DNA from: Lama guanicoe
Taxonomy: Eukaryota
Direction: 5' to 3'
Length of the DNA: 64,000 nucleotides
Assembly (NCBI GenBank): GCA_013239625.1
Contig: MU056737.1
Span: 2,683,846-2,747,845, forward strand
Positions 62,001-64,000 of the stretch are shown piece by piece. Made by a program: the position numbers and the translations under genes. Every line of letters begins with the position of its first letter. The first letter of the stretch is position 1. Under the pieces are notes generated by a model. The model was not told the DNA's origin. It did no database searches and saw only the letters and a list, made by a program, of their open reading frames with translations.

Positions 62001-63549
62001 CCCAGGAGGTCTGGCTCTGCCCTCCTCGGTTTCACGTCCTCCCAGGTGGAAATATGTTAAATGCAACGTGTCGCTGTGACCTCTCACACCCCTGGACAGG
62101 AACGTCTGCCTCCAACAGGCCCCCGTCCAAAACGGGAGAAGCTCAGGTCCATCCCCCAGACCCTTCAGTGTCCGTCCAGCAGGGACCAGACACAACTCAT
62201 GGCATAATGGCAGATAAGAAGTGTTACGTGTGCAGCAGGGGCTGGGCCCAGACCCGAGTTATTTTTAAGAAGCAAAGCTACGTATGTGTCTCATGACTGC
62301 AAACCTCAGGCGGCTGGTCACACCCGTGGTTGTCAGCGTGGCTCCACGCCGCCAGGCGGGGAAACGGCGGCAAGGCGGGAGCCACAGAGAAGCCGCTTAA
62401 AGCCACCCCTCAGAGCTGCCTCCACAAGAGGCTGAGGTGGAAAACGGGCTGGAAGCACGCCAGCCCAGCGCCCTGGGGCCTGTGCGCCTGCGGAGCAGAC
62501 GGTGTGAACAGAAACAGCCGCGTTTCAGAAAATCTCAGAAACCGAGAAGGCTGAGAAGCAGTAAAGATGGATCGTGCCCAGGACCCGCCACCCGTGTCCT
62601 CAGTGAGTTCGCGGAGGCCGTGACACCGGGCTCCAGGGCTGCTGTCCCCGCCACGCGGAGCTGATGGCCGGGGTCAGAGGCCTTCCCGCCGTGTGTACCG
62701 CGTGCCCTTGACGTCAGTGAAATTAACAAGAACTTTGAGTAGCAAGTAGGTTTGAGAAGTGGGGGACACTGATTTCCTCTCCTGGTTAGTGGGGTTCAGA
62801 GCGCCTTGTCGCTTAGGCCTCTTGGCTGACGGTGGTTACTCCGTGTCCCGGGTCTCCTTCCAGCCTGCGGGGCTGCCCAGCGGCGGCAGGGGCTCTTGTC
62901 AGGCCCCGAGGTCACTGCTCTGAAGGCTGGATCTCATCACAGACAGCGGGCGGGCGGGGCCGCATCCCCGGGCCTCTGGAACGGCCTTGGGAGTCCCCTG
63001 AGGGTGCAATTTTTGCGCAGTTATTTTCTTGGCATTTCGTTCTTCCTCTTAAATGTACTTTTTCCCCCTAAAAATCCCATTTTTGGAGGGCTCTGGGTGG
63101 TTGAATTAGTTACCAGAAGCCCCAGTGCTCCCGCGGCTGCGTATAGGGTGGCGCAGAACACTGGATTTTCAGGTTTGGGTAACAGCAGGTGTGTGACATC
63201 CAGGCTGCCAGACCAAGTCCACCGGACACCCAGAGCCATGAACCAGGCTTCCTCACTTGCTCGAGATCGTCCCTGAGTTCTTGACTTGACAGAAACGAGA
63301 AGGAGCACAGGGGCTTCCTCAGCTTGGCCCAGGGCGGGGTGGGGGTGGTCACAGCGTCTAACCCGCTCTGCGCGCCCTTCATCCAAGCCCGTCCTGGCTC
63401 TGGCTCTGGTGAGACCTCCTCGCTGCTTCCAGTAACGTGGGGTTGTGCGTCTGCCTGGACTGTGGTGTGAGAGCCATGTCAGCAGCCAGTGTGGCCCAAC
63501 ATGATGGACAAAAGCCGGGGGCACCACACGGGGGCAGGCGGGATGGCTG

Positions 63550-63662
63550 GGTGCTGGCCGGGCGCACCTGCCCACAGCTCCAGGGGCAGCTCCAAGAGAG
63601 CCGCCCCCTCGCCAGCTCATCTGAGCACAGGCCAGGTGCTGGCCAGGCGCACCTGCCCACAG
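63550..63662. repeat. 28-bp direct repeat (27/28 identical), copies at 63550-63577 and 63635-63662
   Basis: ggtgctggcc[g/a]ggcgcacctgcccacag occurs twice, 85 bp apart. Confidence 0.9.
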
Positions 63663-63833
63663 GCTATGGCCGGGCTGCTCGTGGACTTCACCCCCAGCAC
63701 ACTTTCCTGAGAACCCCGTTTCCGGACACCCCCGCCAGGCACCAGCGTTGGCCCCGGTGTCCTGGGCTGGGCTGGGCTCTCCTGGTCCCCATGGGTCCCG
63801 CGTCCCCGCTCACTGTGGGTTTCGTGCTTTCAG

Positions 63834-63957
63834 GGAGTACTACATCACCATGGTGAAGTGGGCCACCAGCACCAAGGTCGCCGTGAACTGGCTGAGCCGG
63901 GCGCAGAACGTATCCATCCTCACCCTCTGCGACGCCACCACGGGCGTCTGCACCAAG
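63834..63957 (+). CDS. DPP6: DPP6 coding exon (exon 11 equivalent), (R)[41 protein letters not shown]
   Basis: tgctttcag|G GAG TAC ... ACC AAG|gtacgg. 124 nt, phase 2 to 0. WLxRxQN motif, NVS sequon and CxxxxxxC pair. Confidence 0.96.
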
Positions 63958-64000
63958 GTACGGGGAGGGGTGGCAGGAGCATCCGCAGGCACCAAGGTCG

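Larger units (their letters stand above)
1..64000 (+). other. DPP6: DPP6 gene body (partial: introns plus four coding exons; gene extends beyond both window ends)
   Basis: Four exons with canonical AG/GT boundaries splice in one continuous frame to a peptide recognisable as DPP6. Introns: 18430-44658, 44814-46443 and 46542-63833. Confidence 0.96.

Noticed and set aside
1-64000. A previously undescribed multi-gene system
   Set aside because: All convincing coding signal is DPP6 exons or transposon debris. I saw no nested gene, retrogene or RNA gene that I can support.

Overview
Mammalian genomic DNA, very probably a camelid (alpaca/llama/camel, judged from a Vic-1-type tRNA-derived SINE). The whole window lies inside the DPP6 gene (dipeptidyl peptidase-like 6, the Kv4 channel auxiliary subunit) on the + strand. 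Four internal coding exons are present: 18309-18429 (121 nt), 44659-44813 (155 nt), 46444-46541 (98 nt) and 63834-63957 (124 nt). They have GT-AG boundaries, splice in one frame and encode part of the beta-propeller ([10 protein letters not shown]...DWLYEEEILKTH...YPKAG...[10 protein letters not shown]). From memory they correspond to human exons 8-11. The rest is intron: old L1, L2, MIR, MaLR-LTR and DNA-transposon fossils, younger L1 3' ends, micro- and minisatellites, two CpG-island-like blocks and three assembly gaps. The hundreds of ORFs in the track are by-products of high GC and alternative start codons; one of them (44559-44909) reads through exon 9 in frame. I found no support for a novel multi-gene system. 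The most notable signals are: pervasive AT-to-GC drift that appears to reach the DPP6 protein, three in-frame donor-like sites at exon 11, a gap-interrupted intronic CpG island upstream of exon 11, a consensus CTCF site near a ~100-nt hairpin, and an inverted L1 pair. Repeat family names and human protein comparisons are recalled from memory, not database results; repeat boundaries are approximate.
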